Origin: Verrucomicrobiota bacterium
GTDB lineage: Bacteria > Verrucomicrobiota > Verrucomicrobiia > Limisphaerales > JADLHS01
DNA length: 64,000 nt
Reading direction: 5' to 3'
NCBI GenBank assembly: GCA_029573725.1
Contig: JAKQDQ010000178.1
Coordinates: forward strand, 337,174-401,173
Positions 56,596 through 64,000 of this stretch are shown here, one piece after another (within the stretch, counting starts at the first letter, position 1; each line of letters starts with the position of its first letter). A program made the position numbers and the translations under genes. The notes beneath the pieces were generated by a model. It did not search any database. It was not told the origin of the DNA and saw nothing but the letters and a program-made list of their open reading frames with translations.

Positions 56596-57398
56596 GCGCG
56601 GGCGGGCGCGCGTCGCGCCACAAAGTTGGTGGTGGCAAACTGTTCCTCCGTTTCGCGATAGCGCCGGATGCGGCTGAAGTAACGCCCGGGGGTCAGACGG
56701 TACAGCTGCATCCCCCGGGCGCTGAAGAACTGGTGGAAATCGCGCAAAAATATCCGCGTGTCAATGTTGCAACCGCCAAATTCAAAGGTGACCAAATCCA
56801 CCGCCCGACGCGCAAATAGATCGATCCCGCCCCGGAGAACGTCCAGTTCGTGCCCCTCCACATCCAGTTTGAGCCAGTCAATGTGCGGCACCCGCTTCTC
56901 CGTGCAGTAGGCGTCCAGCGTGGAGAGCGTGATGGTTTCGTGCCGCGCAAATTGAATGTCCCGAAACCCGAGGTCCCGCCGCGTCAGCGAGGCGAGCCCC
57001 GATTTTTCCTCGTCGTAATACAACTCGGCCGTTCCCGCCGCCGCCCCGAGGCCGCAATGATTCAAGACCACCCCGGGATGCGCGGGCCGCGCCTGTTGCA
57101 ACGCGGCAAATGTTGCCGCCGCCGGCTCGAAGGAGTGGATGGCCCCCAACCGGCCCCCCAGCTGGCTGACGGCGAGATTCAGAAATTGACCGCAATTGGC
57201 GCCGACATCAAACACCACGAGGTTGGATTTTCGGTTCCGCGCCAAATGCCGCATCACGGCCACTTCACCGCTGTCATCCACGTCGCCCCCGGCTCCGATG
57301 CCCATCAGCCAATGACACAACTTCACCTGCTTGCGCAGCAGGTACTGGCCGGGCCGGTTTGCCAGCGGATATTTCAATAGATGCCGGAAGATTGCCAT
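56592..57398 (-). CDS. FkbM-family methyltransferase
   Basis: VVFDVGANCGQF, IHSFEPAAATF, IDWLKLDVEGHELDVLRG. Its stop overlaps the ATG of the next gene (55675-56595) as ATGA at 56592-56595. Confidence 0.75.
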   Translation of the reverse strand: MAIFRHLLKYPLANRPGQYLLRKQVKLCHWLMGIGAGGDVDDSGEVAVMRHLARNRKSNLVVFDVGANCGQFLNLAVSQLGGRLGAIHSFEPAAATFAALQQARPAHPGVVLNHCGLGAAAGTAELYYDEEKSGLASLTRRDLGFRDIQFARHETITLSTLDAYCTEKRVPHIDWLKLDVEGHELDVLRGGIDLFARRAVDLVTFEFGGCNIDTRIFLRDFHQFFSARGMQLYRLTPGRYFSRIRRYRETEEQFATTNFVARRAPARA

Positions 57399-57407
57399 GC
57401 GTCTTGA

Positions 57408-58463
57408 TCAAGCATGCTGCCGGAACGCAAACCGCAAAGCAACCCGCGCGCGTTCGAGGGCCAGGCCGAGGCTTCCGAGCGGATGCCTCCGCCGCCACCG
57501 GTGGCGGCTCTGAATCACGGCGGGACGCACCGGCGGCGTGGGGGCGCGCTGTTCGTGTCGTTCGGCAATCAGGCGCGCGAGTTGCGGGAAGGTGGAATAA
57601 CGCTCCAGCACGAGGCGGCGCGCCTCGCGGATGGCCGGCAGCCGGCGTTCGTATGCATTGTCGCGAATAGCCTGCTGGATGCGGGCAAAACTTTCCTCGA
57701 AATTGTGGATGTTGATGGGGATGAAACTTTCTTCCGGGAAATAATCCGCCGCGTTGGGCGCCCCGTGATAGAACGGCAGGCACAGGCCGAGGAACGCATC
57801 GGCCAGTTTCTCCGTCCAATGATGCGCACACACGTGGTTTTCAATGGCCACATGGTACTGGAAAGTGTCGAGCGCCTCGTTCTTGTGTTCGATGTAGCGC
57901 ACGCCATGGCCGAAAACCTCCAGTTCCGGCAGCGCCTGTTTCAACCGCTGCGTGAAGCGATAGCGATACTGGTGCAGCGTGTGAGTCTGTCGCTTGCTGG
58001 AACAAACCGTCGAAATCAATGCGGTCTTGTTGGCTGGCGGATGTTGCGCGACATGGTCGTGATCCCCGACGTAGAAACGGATCAGACCGGTCTGGCAATA
58101 GATCGCGCCCGGATGCCGGATCACCCACGGTTCCTGGCTGGTTAGCACCCAGCCGAACTGTTTCAGAAAGCCGTGCCCATAGACCTTCACAGTGGCCGGT
58201 TCGCTGGTCAGCAACAAGGTCCGCTCCCGCGGGCAGGCGAGCACCTCTTCCCAGAGCGAGTGACGTTCGCCGCGGCTGGATGGCAGATCGTCATAAACCA
58301 CGAGCCAGTCGTAGTCGCGCGCGTCGCGATCGAAGAGGAACCGGCAACGTCCCACCACCGGGTTGCCGCCGGGCAGGAACTGCCGCCAGATTCCGGTGAC
58401 ATCGCGTTCCGGATGTTTGGTCAGGAATTTGACCCGGAGGAGTGGGGCCGCGGGGTGCATCAT
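57408..58463 (-). CDS. GT10-like glycosyltransferase, paralogue of 54670-55674
   Basis: ISTVCS...FQYHVAIENHVCAHHWTEKLADAFLG. The 11-aa WTEKLADAFLG is identical to the plus-strand copy. Start set at ATG 58463, 2 nt after the upstream stop. Confidence 0.6.
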   Translation of the reverse strand: MMHPAAPLLRVKFLTKHPERDVTGIWRQFLPGGNPVVGRCRFLFDRDARDYDWLVVYDDLPSSRGERHSLWEEVLACPRERTLLLTSEPATVKVYGHGFLKQFGWVLTSQEPWVIRHPGAIYCQTGLIRFYVGDHDHVAQHPPANKTALISTVCSSKRQTHTLHQYRYRFTQRLKQALPELEVFGHGVRYIEHKNEALDTFQYHVAIENHVCAHHWTEKLADAFLGLCLPFYHGAPNAADYFPEESFIPINIHNFEESFARIQQAIRDNAYERRLPAIREARRLVLERYSTFPQLARLIAERHEQRAPTPPVRPAVIQSRHRWRRRHPLGSLGLALERARVALRFAFRQHA

Positions 58464-58465
58464 GT

Positions 58466-59326
58466 TCAAAAACCGGCAAGGCGTTTGCCCAGACCCCGGA
58501 AGCCATCGGCGACCAGCCCAAGCCGGATGGTGAGGCGACGGAGGGCGTGACCGGCGTAGTAACCCCACATGCCCGAAGTGGAGGTCACCGCGCGCCGCAG
58601 TTGGGGCTGCGCGTGGTAGTCCGTTGTCCGTCCGACAATGTCCGAGAAATCATCGGTTTGATTGACAATGCCGGGTGACACGCAGGTGACGGGAAACACG
58701 AGGCCGAGTTGACGTTGGTACCAACGATCAATCGCGCGATGTCGGGCGAGCCAGGGCCAGACCTGGGCCGCATCCGGCAGGCGGGCGAGAATCCACTCCC
58801 GCGCCGGTTCCCGGACGAGATACGCGTGGGCGGTGTTGCAACCCTGCACCCGGTAAAGCCCGTGTTCCGCGTCCAATTCAGTTTCCTTGCGGCGCGGCCA
58901 CCAGGGATCGGTGAAGCCCAGGTAGCACACCTCCCAATCGTACTCCTGAGACACCGCCATCAGGGCATCTGCCAGCCGGGCGAAATCCGGCGCGAAGGCC
59001 ACGTCATCCTCAAGAATCAACACGGTTTTCCAGTTGGCGGCCCGGGCCCGCAGCAAGGCTTGCCGGTGGGACAACAAACAACCTGCGCGCCCCGCCCAGC
59101 GGCGGTCGCGGGGGCGACCTCGAAACCAGGGCCGCCGCCCAAAACCCGGGACGTCCGTGCCCTGGATGGCCGGAAGCCGCTGCAATTTTTCGGCCGGCAC
59201 GATGTGCTGTGCGGCGGCCTGGAACGTGGCCCATCGGTCCGGACGGGAATCCAGATTGAGCACCAGTGCGCCGTCCACGGAGGACCAGAAGGCACGGGGG
59301 GCGGAGTGGTGAGCGGGCGCGATCAT
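58466..59326 (-). CDS. GT25-family glycosyltransferase (LPS beta-1,4-galactosyltransferase-like)
   Basis: LVLNLDSRPDRW, GCLLSHRQAL, VLILEDDVAF. The first ATG (59326) forms an ATGA overlap with the upstream stop; the track start at 59335 is TTG. Confidence 0.68.
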   Translation of the reverse strand: MIAPAHHSAPRAFWSSVDGALVLNLDSRPDRWATFQAAAQHIVPAEKLQRLPAIQGTDVPGFGRRPWFRGRPRDRRWAGRAGCLLSHRQALLRARAANWKTVLILEDDVAFAPDFARLADALMAVSQEYDWEVCYLGFTDPWWPRRKETELDAEHGLYRVQGCNTAHAYLVREPAREWILARLPDAAQVWPWLARHRAIDRWYQRQLGLVFPVTCVSPGIVNQTDDFSDIVGRTTDYHAQPQLRRAVTSTSGMWGYYAGHALRRLTIRLGLVADGFRGLGKRLAGF

Positions 59327-60078
59327 GCGTGCCAATGCCGGGCAATCCAGGGTGCGGGTCGGAGATGATGATGGAGGCGCTTGCCGCGATAACCACGAAT
59401 GGCCTCATCCGGATCGGGGCGGCCGTGAAAGACCAGGATCCGACAATTGGTCGGCGGCTTCGGGGCACAGAGGAGGTTTAGCGGAAACGTCGGGCGGCAA
59501 TGCCGTTTGTAGCTGCGCGTCCAACCCTCCGGCCACCAGCGCACTTCGCCCATGGCGTGAGTGAGGAAGGCCTGCTCGGTGTTCCACACACTCAAGTCCT
59601 CCGCCTGTGCCATTTCGCGCCTGAAGGTGTCGTAGATGTAATTCGATTTGCCCGCCTCAAAACGAAACACGGACGAGTTCCCCACCGCCGGCCGGCGGCC
59701 GATGAGTTCTTTGCGCGGGTTCACCCAGTTATGGATGATGCAGTTCTTTCCGGGTTCATACGTGAAAAAGTCATCCAAGCCGCCCAGGATCACCACGTCC
59801 AGATCGAGAAACAACGTCGGGCCGACGAGTCCGCCAAACCCATCCCGGGTGACCAGCAGTTTGACCAACACATCCGGCCAGCCGCGGCGCAAACCGGGAT
59901 TGGCCGGGAAGGGAACGGTTTCCACGCCCGCCGCCAGGCCGGTCGGATCCTCCGTGCAGCAAACGAAACGAAACGGTTGATGCAAATGCCGCTGGACTCC
60001 CGCATGCAAGAAATTGACGTAGTTCGCCGGGTAGCGCGTCCCCCATTTAATGCACAAGATGTTCACCCGTCCGGGCAT
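59323..60078 (-). CDS. putative GT-A-type nucleotide-sugar transferase
   Basis: NILCIKWGTRYPANYVNFL and a DxD-like LFLDLDVVI. Weak family recollection only. Confidence 0.4.
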   Translation of the reverse strand: MPGRVNILCIKWGTRYPANYVNFLHAGVQRHLHQPFRFVCCTEDPTGLAAGVETVPFPANPGLRRGWPDVLVKLLVTRDGFGGLVGPTLFLDLDVVILGGLDDFFTYEPGKNCIIHNWVNPRKELIGRRPAVGNSSVFRFEAGKSNYIYDTFRREMAQAEDLSVWNTEQAFLTHAMGEVRWWPEGWTRSYKRHCRPTFPLNLLCAPKPPTNCRILVFHGRPDPDEAIRGYRGKRLHHHLRPAPWIARHWHA

Positions 60079-60102
60079 GCCAGCAGTCTGGCAAGCGGCC
60101 GC

Positions 60103-61023
60103 TCAACGGGCAAGGGGAGTTCCGGCCGCGTCCCGGGGCCGCAACGGCAAGGCTCCGGAAGCCATCAGTGCCCGCAGCGCCAGGGGCATCATTCGCTGGG
60201 AGAGATGACAGCCGTCCAGGAAGCAGTCCGCCGCCGCGGGCGCGGTCCACGCGTGATATTTTCCGGCGATGCCGGCACAGCGCAGGTTTTCGCGGTCGCA
60301 GGCGCGCTGGAGTTGCTCACAATAAATCCGGGTGATTTCCAGGCGCAGAGACTGCGGTCCCACGATCGGCAGCGGATGGTTGGTGCCGGCCGGAGTGGGT
60401 GCGCCAAGCGTGACGCCGGAAGGCTGCCATACCGTCACGTCGTAACCGGCCTGCGCGAGCCGGCGGGGCAGCGGCAGGAAGCGGCGGATGGTTGCCTGGG
60501 TCGCCGCCGGGATCGTCTGGCCCGCCAGCACCGCCCGGGGCAGATGCCAGCGGCAATCAATCTCGCCAAACACCAGCAAAATCGCCCCACCGGCCGGAAT
60601 GTCGTGGCGCAACAAAGCCGCAATTTTTCGGCGGGTATAGCTCGCGGATCGGGGGGCATCCGCGCTCCAGGCGGTGGATGCCCCCGTGTGAAACACGCGA
60701 AAGACCGGCAGCAGCTCGACAAACACACTGATGGAGCGGCGGCGCAAAAATCCGGTGAACACCTTTCTGCCTGGAAAAAAGTCAAGGCTTTCGGTGCCGG
60801 AAAAAAACGCGGCGTGGCTGTCGCCAATGACGTGCAGCCGGGGGCAGGGGGGTTGCGGCGTGAAGCCCAGATGGTGCGTCAGGAGTTCCACGCGCCGCTG
60901 TTCCAGATCGGGCGGGCACTGGACCGGATGCGCCGTCGGCGGGCCCAGGCGCTGCAGCAAGGTCGTTTGCAGCTCGCGAATCTGTTGCAACCGCCCGGGC
61001 GGGACTGCGGGGAGCGCCTCCAT
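60103..61023 (-). CDS. SGNH/GDSL-like hydrolase or acyl-esterase family protein
   Basis: VIGDSHAAFFSG (block I-like), FGEIDCRWH, FLDGCHLSQRMMP (DxxH block V-like). First ATG at 61023 (the track start at 61059 is TTG). Confidence 0.5.
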   Translation of the reverse strand: MEALPAVPPGRLQQIRELQTTLLQRLGPPTAHPVQCPPDLEQRRVELLTHHLGFTPQPPCPRLHVIGDSHAAFFSGTESLDFFPGRKVFTGFLRRRSISVFVELLPVFRVFHTGASTAWSADAPRSASYTRRKIAALLRHDIPAGGAILLVFGEIDCRWHLPRAVLAGQTIPAATQATIRRFLPLPRRLAQAGYDVTVWQPSGVTLGAPTPAGTNHPLPIVGPQSLRLEITRIYCEQLQRACDRENLRCAGIAGKYHAWTAPAAADCFLDGCHLSQRMMPLALRALMASGALPLRPRDAAGTPLAR

Positions 61024-61034
61024 GCGGGAAGGGA

Positions 61035-61613
61035 TCAGCCCGGAAAAATCCGGATGCAATCGTCAGCCACCTCCACACGCCAGCCGGGGCGCAGAGTGGT
61101 GATCAATTCCCGGAGTCGGGGCAGCGTGGGGTATCCCGGACTGGTTCCGAAGCAACGGGCGTCGTCAACGAGCACCACGTGGTCCGGCTGGCCCGGCTGG
61201 AAAATCGCGCGCAGCTCCTCATTGATGGGGGTGTCCTGCAGCCCGCGCGCCGTGTCGCCTCCCGAGTAATGACCATCCAGCCAGAACAGGGCGCGGTCGG
61301 GCAGCCGGGCGACCACCTCCGCCAGTTTGATGGCGCTGTCGCCGTGAATCAATTCGATGTGAGGTGCGTCTTTGAATCGTTCACAGACTTCCTGGTAAAA
61401 CTGGTCGGCCAGTTCGATGGAGATGATTTTTTTGAACTCTCCCTGCATCGCCGCCACCATGTCGCCATGGCAGGTGCCGGTTTCCACCAGGTATTTCAAA
61501 TCATAGCGGCGCGCAAACTCGCGCACCACGGCCTGTTTTTGCGCGTGGGTCGGCAGTTTGGGACCGGGGTTGAGCCACCGCCCGACCCGTTCCCTCAATG
61601 TTTTTTTGCTCAT
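61035..61613 (-). CDS. class I SAM-dependent methyltransferase
   Basis: YLVETGTCHGDM (motif I-like), IISIELA, ELIHGDS, FWLDGHYSGG. Confidence 0.55.
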   Translation of the reverse strand: MSKKTLRERVGRWLNPGPKLPTHAQKQAVVREFARRYDLKYLVETGTCHGDMVAAMQGEFKKIISIELADQFYQEVCERFKDAPHIELIHGDSAIKLAEVVARLPDRALFWLDGHYSGGDTARGLQDTPINEELRAIFQPGQPDHVVLVDDARCFGTSPGYPTLPRLRELITTLRPGWRVEVADDCIRIFPG

Positions 61614-61706
61614 AATATCCGTGTGCCGCCGGTCCCGCGAGCCACCGGGGGACGGGGCGGGCCGACGATTCCAAAATCCTGGCCGCCGCCCCGGTGGCCC
61701 GGCAGA

Positions 61707-62423
61707 TCACTGTGATGTCGGGGCCCAGTCCACCCAGCCCGTACCGGTCCAGTGGCCGAAGGAGGTCAGGTCCAGTTTGGGTTCGGTGATCTCATTCCAG
61801 ATGCGCAACATCTTCCATTCCCGGACATCGTCGAACATCACCAACGGCCTGCGGGGCAGCGTCAAGCGCCGGAAATTTTCAATGAACCGCTGCTCCATGA
61901 TGCCGTCCTTCGCAGCATCCACAAAAATAAAATCGGCCCCTTGAAACACTTCACGGTATTGCGCCAGGGTCTGAAAGTCTTGCAGATCGGCAATTTCCTG
62001 GCGCAACCGGCCATCGGCGAAATCCGTGTCCCGCAGGACATTGGGTTGGATTTGCCGCCAGGGGATCACATCAAACGTGGTGATCCGTCCGTCGGACGGC
62101 AGTTGTGACAGCATGGCCAGTGCGGCGGTGCCCTGGTAGGTCCCGATCTCGACAATCCGCTTGGCCCCCAATTCCGCCACCAAGGCGGCCACCAGACGGT
62201 AATGCTCACCCGGCCAGGCATTCACGGCGTCTCCCGCCCGTTGCGCCAGGTCGCGCAACTCCAGTTGTTGAGCCCGCGCCACCGTGCGCAACGCCAGGCT
62301 GATCAAGCGCGCATTGGGCCGGCTCTTCCAGACATCCGGCGGCAGGGTCATGGAATAGAGACGGTGTCGGGTCGGCACCGGCGGCGGCAGAATCAGGCGC
62401 AGCAACAATTTGCGAATGTTCAT
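61707..62423 (-). CDS. class I SAM-dependent (O-)methyltransferase
   Basis: RIVEIGTYQGTAALAM, GRITTFD, DFIFVDAAKDG. Confidence 0.62.
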   Translation of the reverse strand: MNIRKLLLRLILPPPVPTRHRLYSMTLPPDVWKSRPNARLISLALRTVARAQQLELRDLAQRAGDAVNAWPGEHYRLVAALVAELGAKRIVEIGTYQGTAALAMLSQLPSDGRITTFDVIPWRQIQPNVLRDTDFADGRLRQEIADLQDFQTLAQYREVFQGADFIFVDAAKDGIMEQRFIENFRRLTLPRRPLVMFDDVREWKMLRIWNEITEPKLDLTSFGHWTGTGWVDWAPTSQ

Positions 62424-62442
62424 GCCCCGCCAAGGTGGGCCG

Positions 62443-62462
62443 CCACGTCAAACCACGTCAAA
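62443..62462. repeat. perfect tandem 10-bp direct repeat CCACGTCAAA x2 in a divergent intergenic region
   Basis: Read directly: 62443-62452 and 62453-62462 are identical. Bracketed by the inverted repeat CCGCCAA (62427-62433) / TTGGCGG (62469-62475). Confidence 0.9.
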
Positions 62463-62537
62463 GCCTTTTTGGCGGGCGGCAGCAGTTTCCCGTCGTGGTT
62501 CCGGCAGGGGCCATTGTAAATTGTTGCCGGTTTTTGC

Positions 62538-63338
62538 ATGAAGACTGCGCTGGCAACTCCCACCGTCCCGGCCGCCGCGGCGCCGATTTATTGTCTGGGC
62601 GACAGTCACGTCAGCTTCTTTGCCGGGGCAGACGTGATTCAGCCGGCCTGGCCGGCGCCCGCGGCGACGCGGCTGCCCTGGTTTCGCGTGCTGCACCTCG
62701 GGCCGATTCTGGCCTTCAGCCTTGCCCGACCGAACACCCGCGAGCGCGGACGCGAGCGCCTGTTTGCCGCCTTGGAACGGACGGTGCCGCCGCGGGCGCG
62801 CGTCCTGCTTTGCTTTGGGGAGATCGACTGTCGGGCGCATTTCCTGAAACAAGCCGCCCGGCAGGGCCGTCCGGTGGAGGCCATCGTGACGGATTGCCTG
62901 GCCGCCTATTTTCACGTGGTGCAAGACGTGCAGCAGCGTGGTTTTGAAGTCATTGTGTACAACGCCATCGCGACGCGACTGCGCACCCCCCGGCGTCCCC
63001 GGCGGGAGGACGATTACGTGGCCGTGGGCTCGTGGTCGCAGCGCAACGCCGCCACCCGCCTGTTCAATCAGGGCGCCCGCCAGCGTTGCCAGGCGTGCGG
63101 GGCCAAATTTCTGGAAAATTATCCGGGCCTGGTCACGAGCCGCGACAAAACCATTCCCTGGTTTTATTTCGACGCCATCCACCTTTCACAACGCGCCATG
63201 CCAATGACACTGCGCGCGCTGGCGGAGTTATATCCGGAAGCGGGCTATCCGCGACCGCCGCTGCCGCATCCCGGCTGGCTGGCCCGGCTTGCGGATCGGG
63301 CGCGGAAACGGTTGCGGCGTTGGTGCCGGCTCACTTGA
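62538..63338 (+). CDS. SGNH/GDSL-like protein, paralogue of 60103-61023
   Basis: CLGDSHVSFFAG, FGEIDCRAH, YFDAIHLSQRAMP. Same motif order as the minus-strand copy. Confidence 0.5.
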   Translation: MKTALATPTVPAAAAPIYCLGDSHVSFFAGADVIQPAWPAPAATRLPWFRVLHLGPILAFSLARPNTRERGRERLFAALERTVPPRARVLLCFGEIDCRAHFLKQAARQGRPVEAIVTDCLAAYFHVVQDVQQRGFEVIVYNAIATRLRTPRRPRREDDYVAVGSWSQRNAATRLFNQGARQRCQACGAKFLENYPGLVTSRDKTIPWFYFDAIHLSQRAMPMTLRALAELYPEAGYPRPPLPHPGWLARLADRARKRLRRWCRLT

Positions 63339-64000
63339 GCTGTTGCAATTCCAGCATGTGCTGGAATGCCGCGTGAGTGCGTCCGAGTTCCGCCGGCGGG
63401 CCATCTCCCGTGATCCGGCCCGCTTCAAAGACCAGGATTCGCGTGGCCAGATTCAGGGAGCTGAACCGGTGCGCAATCAGGAAGGTGGTGCGCCCCAGCA
63501 CCAGTTCCTGCAAGGCTTGCTGGACTTTTTGCTCGCTCTCGGCATCCAGGGCGCTGGTGGCTTCATCCAGAAGCAGGATCGGGGCGTTTTTCAAAAAGGC
63601 CCGGGCGATGGCAATGCGCTGGCGCTGGCCGCCGGACAGGGTCGTGCCGCGCTCGCCCACCAGCGTGTTGTATGCCTGCGGCAGCGTGGTGATGAAATCG
63701 GCGGCGAAGGCTTTGCGGGCGGCTTCCCGCACTTCCGCATCGGTGGCAGTGGGCCGGCCAGCGCGAATGTTGTCCGCAATGCTGGCATTGAACAGCACGG
63801 GCATTTGCGGCACCAGCGCCATCTGCGCCCGCAGGACCTGCTTGTCCAACTGCCGCAGGTCCACTCCCGCCAGGGTGATCCGCCCCAGGGTGGGATCGTA
63901 AAACCGGGGGATGAGGGAGATGAAGGTGGATTTCCCCGCGCCGCTGGGCCCCACGAGCGCCACCACTTCACCCGCCTGGAAGCGCGCATGGATTTGGCTC
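63331..64000 (-). CDS. ABC transporter ATP-binding domain, MsbA/lipid-exporter-like (5' part beyond the window)
   Basis: The frame stays open to the window edge (..GEVVALVGPSGAGKST Walker A, LSGGQRQRIAIARA, LLLDEATSALD). The stop overlaps the convergent SGNH-like gene end by 8 nt. Confidence 0.85.
   Translation of the reverse strand, partial: SQIHARFQAGEVVALVGPSGAGKSTFISLIPRFYDPTLGRITLAGVDLRQLDKQVLRAQMALVPQMPVLFNASIADNIRAGRPTATDAEVREAARKAFAADFITTLPQAYNTLVGERGTTLSGGQRQRIAIARAFLKNAPILLLDEATSALDAESEQKVQQALQELVLGRTTFLIAHRFSSLNLATRILVFEAGRITGDGPPAELGRTHAAFQHMLELQQLK

Noticed and set aside
59500-61269. 589-aa plus-strand ORF across the minus-strand glycan genes
   Set aside because: It overlaps three minus-strand genes that have clear motifs and coupled junctions. 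It is Arg/Gly/Ala/Pro-rich and has no motif.
1-64000. Search for CRISPR arrays, rRNA, IS elements, toxin-antitoxin or classic defence genes
   Set aside because: I saw no repeat-spacer periodicity, rRNA-like conserved stretches, transposase or integrase motifs, or nuclease/helicase/methylase defence signatures while reading the ORF translations. Absence cannot be proven without searches.

Overview
GC-rich, densely coding bacterial chromosomal window with about 60 protein genes and one tRNA. I saw no rRNA, CRISPR array, transposase or integrase. All family calls come from reading motifs in the supplied translations and checking start and stop codons by hand; no database search was run. Lineage markers suggest a Verrucomicrobiota-like organism (inference): two PEP-CTERM tails, prepilin-type N-terminal methylation domains with a C-terminal LDGH(V/T)E motif, and Gloeo_Verruco-type repeats. 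Layout: recA; a minus-strand envelope operon (HtrA, ABC ATPase, ABC-2 permease, GldG-like, DUF4340, AsmA-like giant protein); DUF2851; infC with a TTG start; a tandem retropepsin-like protease; a FecR-like protein plus CHASE2 nucleotide cyclase; the housekeeping block coaD-yceD-rpmF-plsX-fabH; a rhomboid protease; an FKBP isomerase; a PEP-CTERM protein; and an alkaline-phosphatase-family/TPR/sulfotransferase fusion. Next comes an AraC-headed block of exported proteins: GloVer repeat protein, pseudopilin-like proteins, an LTXXQ-fused di-haem peroxidase, a PEP-CTERM protein, an exported CbiK/CbiX-like chelatase and a PepSY membrane protein. These are followed by tRNA-Val(CAC); a divergent trypsin-like protein; a lone sufD; an OmpR/HK pair; a short signal peptidase; a cotH-DUF4956-VTC operon; LysE; hisF; acylphosphatase; and a metallophosphoesterase. 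The window ends with a ~12.4 kb, 14-gene glycan island (ELM1, GT4, GT11, two GT10-like, GT25, five methyltransferases, two SGNH-like proteins) next to a partial MsbA-like exporter. The best candidates for undescribed biology are the cotH-DUF4956-VTC trio, the fucosyl/methyl-rich glycan island, the exported chelatase-PepSY pair, and the ABC/GldG/DUF4340/AsmA-like operon. Many long antisense ORFs in the track are GC-driven shadows and are rejected.
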